Shown here in pieces: positions 34,715 to 34,770 of a stretch of DNA of 34,770 nucleotides. Under the pieces are notes generated by a model. It worked only from the letters and a program-made list of their open reading frames with translations. It was not told where the DNA came from and made no database searches. The DNA is taken from positions 1 through 34,770 of the forward strand of contig NW_014039714.1 in assembly GCF_001186125.1 (NCBI RefSeq). The letters run 5' to 3'. This DNA comes from Sphaeroforma arctica JP610 (lineage: Eukaryota). The position numbers and the translations under genes were made by a program. Numbering within the stretch: the stretch's first letter is position 1; the number at the start of each line of letters is the position of its first letter.

Positions 34715-34770
<56 letters not shown>
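34715..34770. repeat. (CA)n microsatellite
   Basis: Pure AC run to the window end. Similar (TA)n/(TG)n runs occur at ~4910-5010, 5660-5810, 17530-17672 and 22740-22822. Confidence 0.95.

Overview
Intron-rich eukaryotic genomic DNA from a draft assembly, with five N-gaps, GT-AG introns and abundant (TA)n/(CA)n microsatellites and local tandem duplications. The organism cannot be identified from sequence alone; it looks like a unicellular eukaryote. Manual exon assembly, mostly invisible in the ORF track, gives five loci. (1) The 3' part of an LCAT-family phospholipid:diacylglycerol acyltransferase (PDAT/Lro1-like, + strand, 368-6936). (2) A complete 7-exon plant/algal-type GDP-mannose 3,5-epimerase (GME, - strand, 9008-15878) whose six introns are all phase 0. 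(3) A disrupted MUS81-related ERCC4 nuclease gene (- strand, ~18718-25995) with an unusual winged-helix + R3H + UIM + 3xSIM + ERCC4 + possible second ERCC4-like architecture and five frame-breaking lesions. (4) An intronless BCS1-like AAA+ ATPase (- strand, 27703-29589). (5) A 5-exon mitochondrial ribosomal protein bL19m gene (- strand, 30938-33900). The most interesting items are the nuclease architecture, the GME gene, the intronless ATPase, and duplicated exon ends in PDAT that could be nascent microexons.
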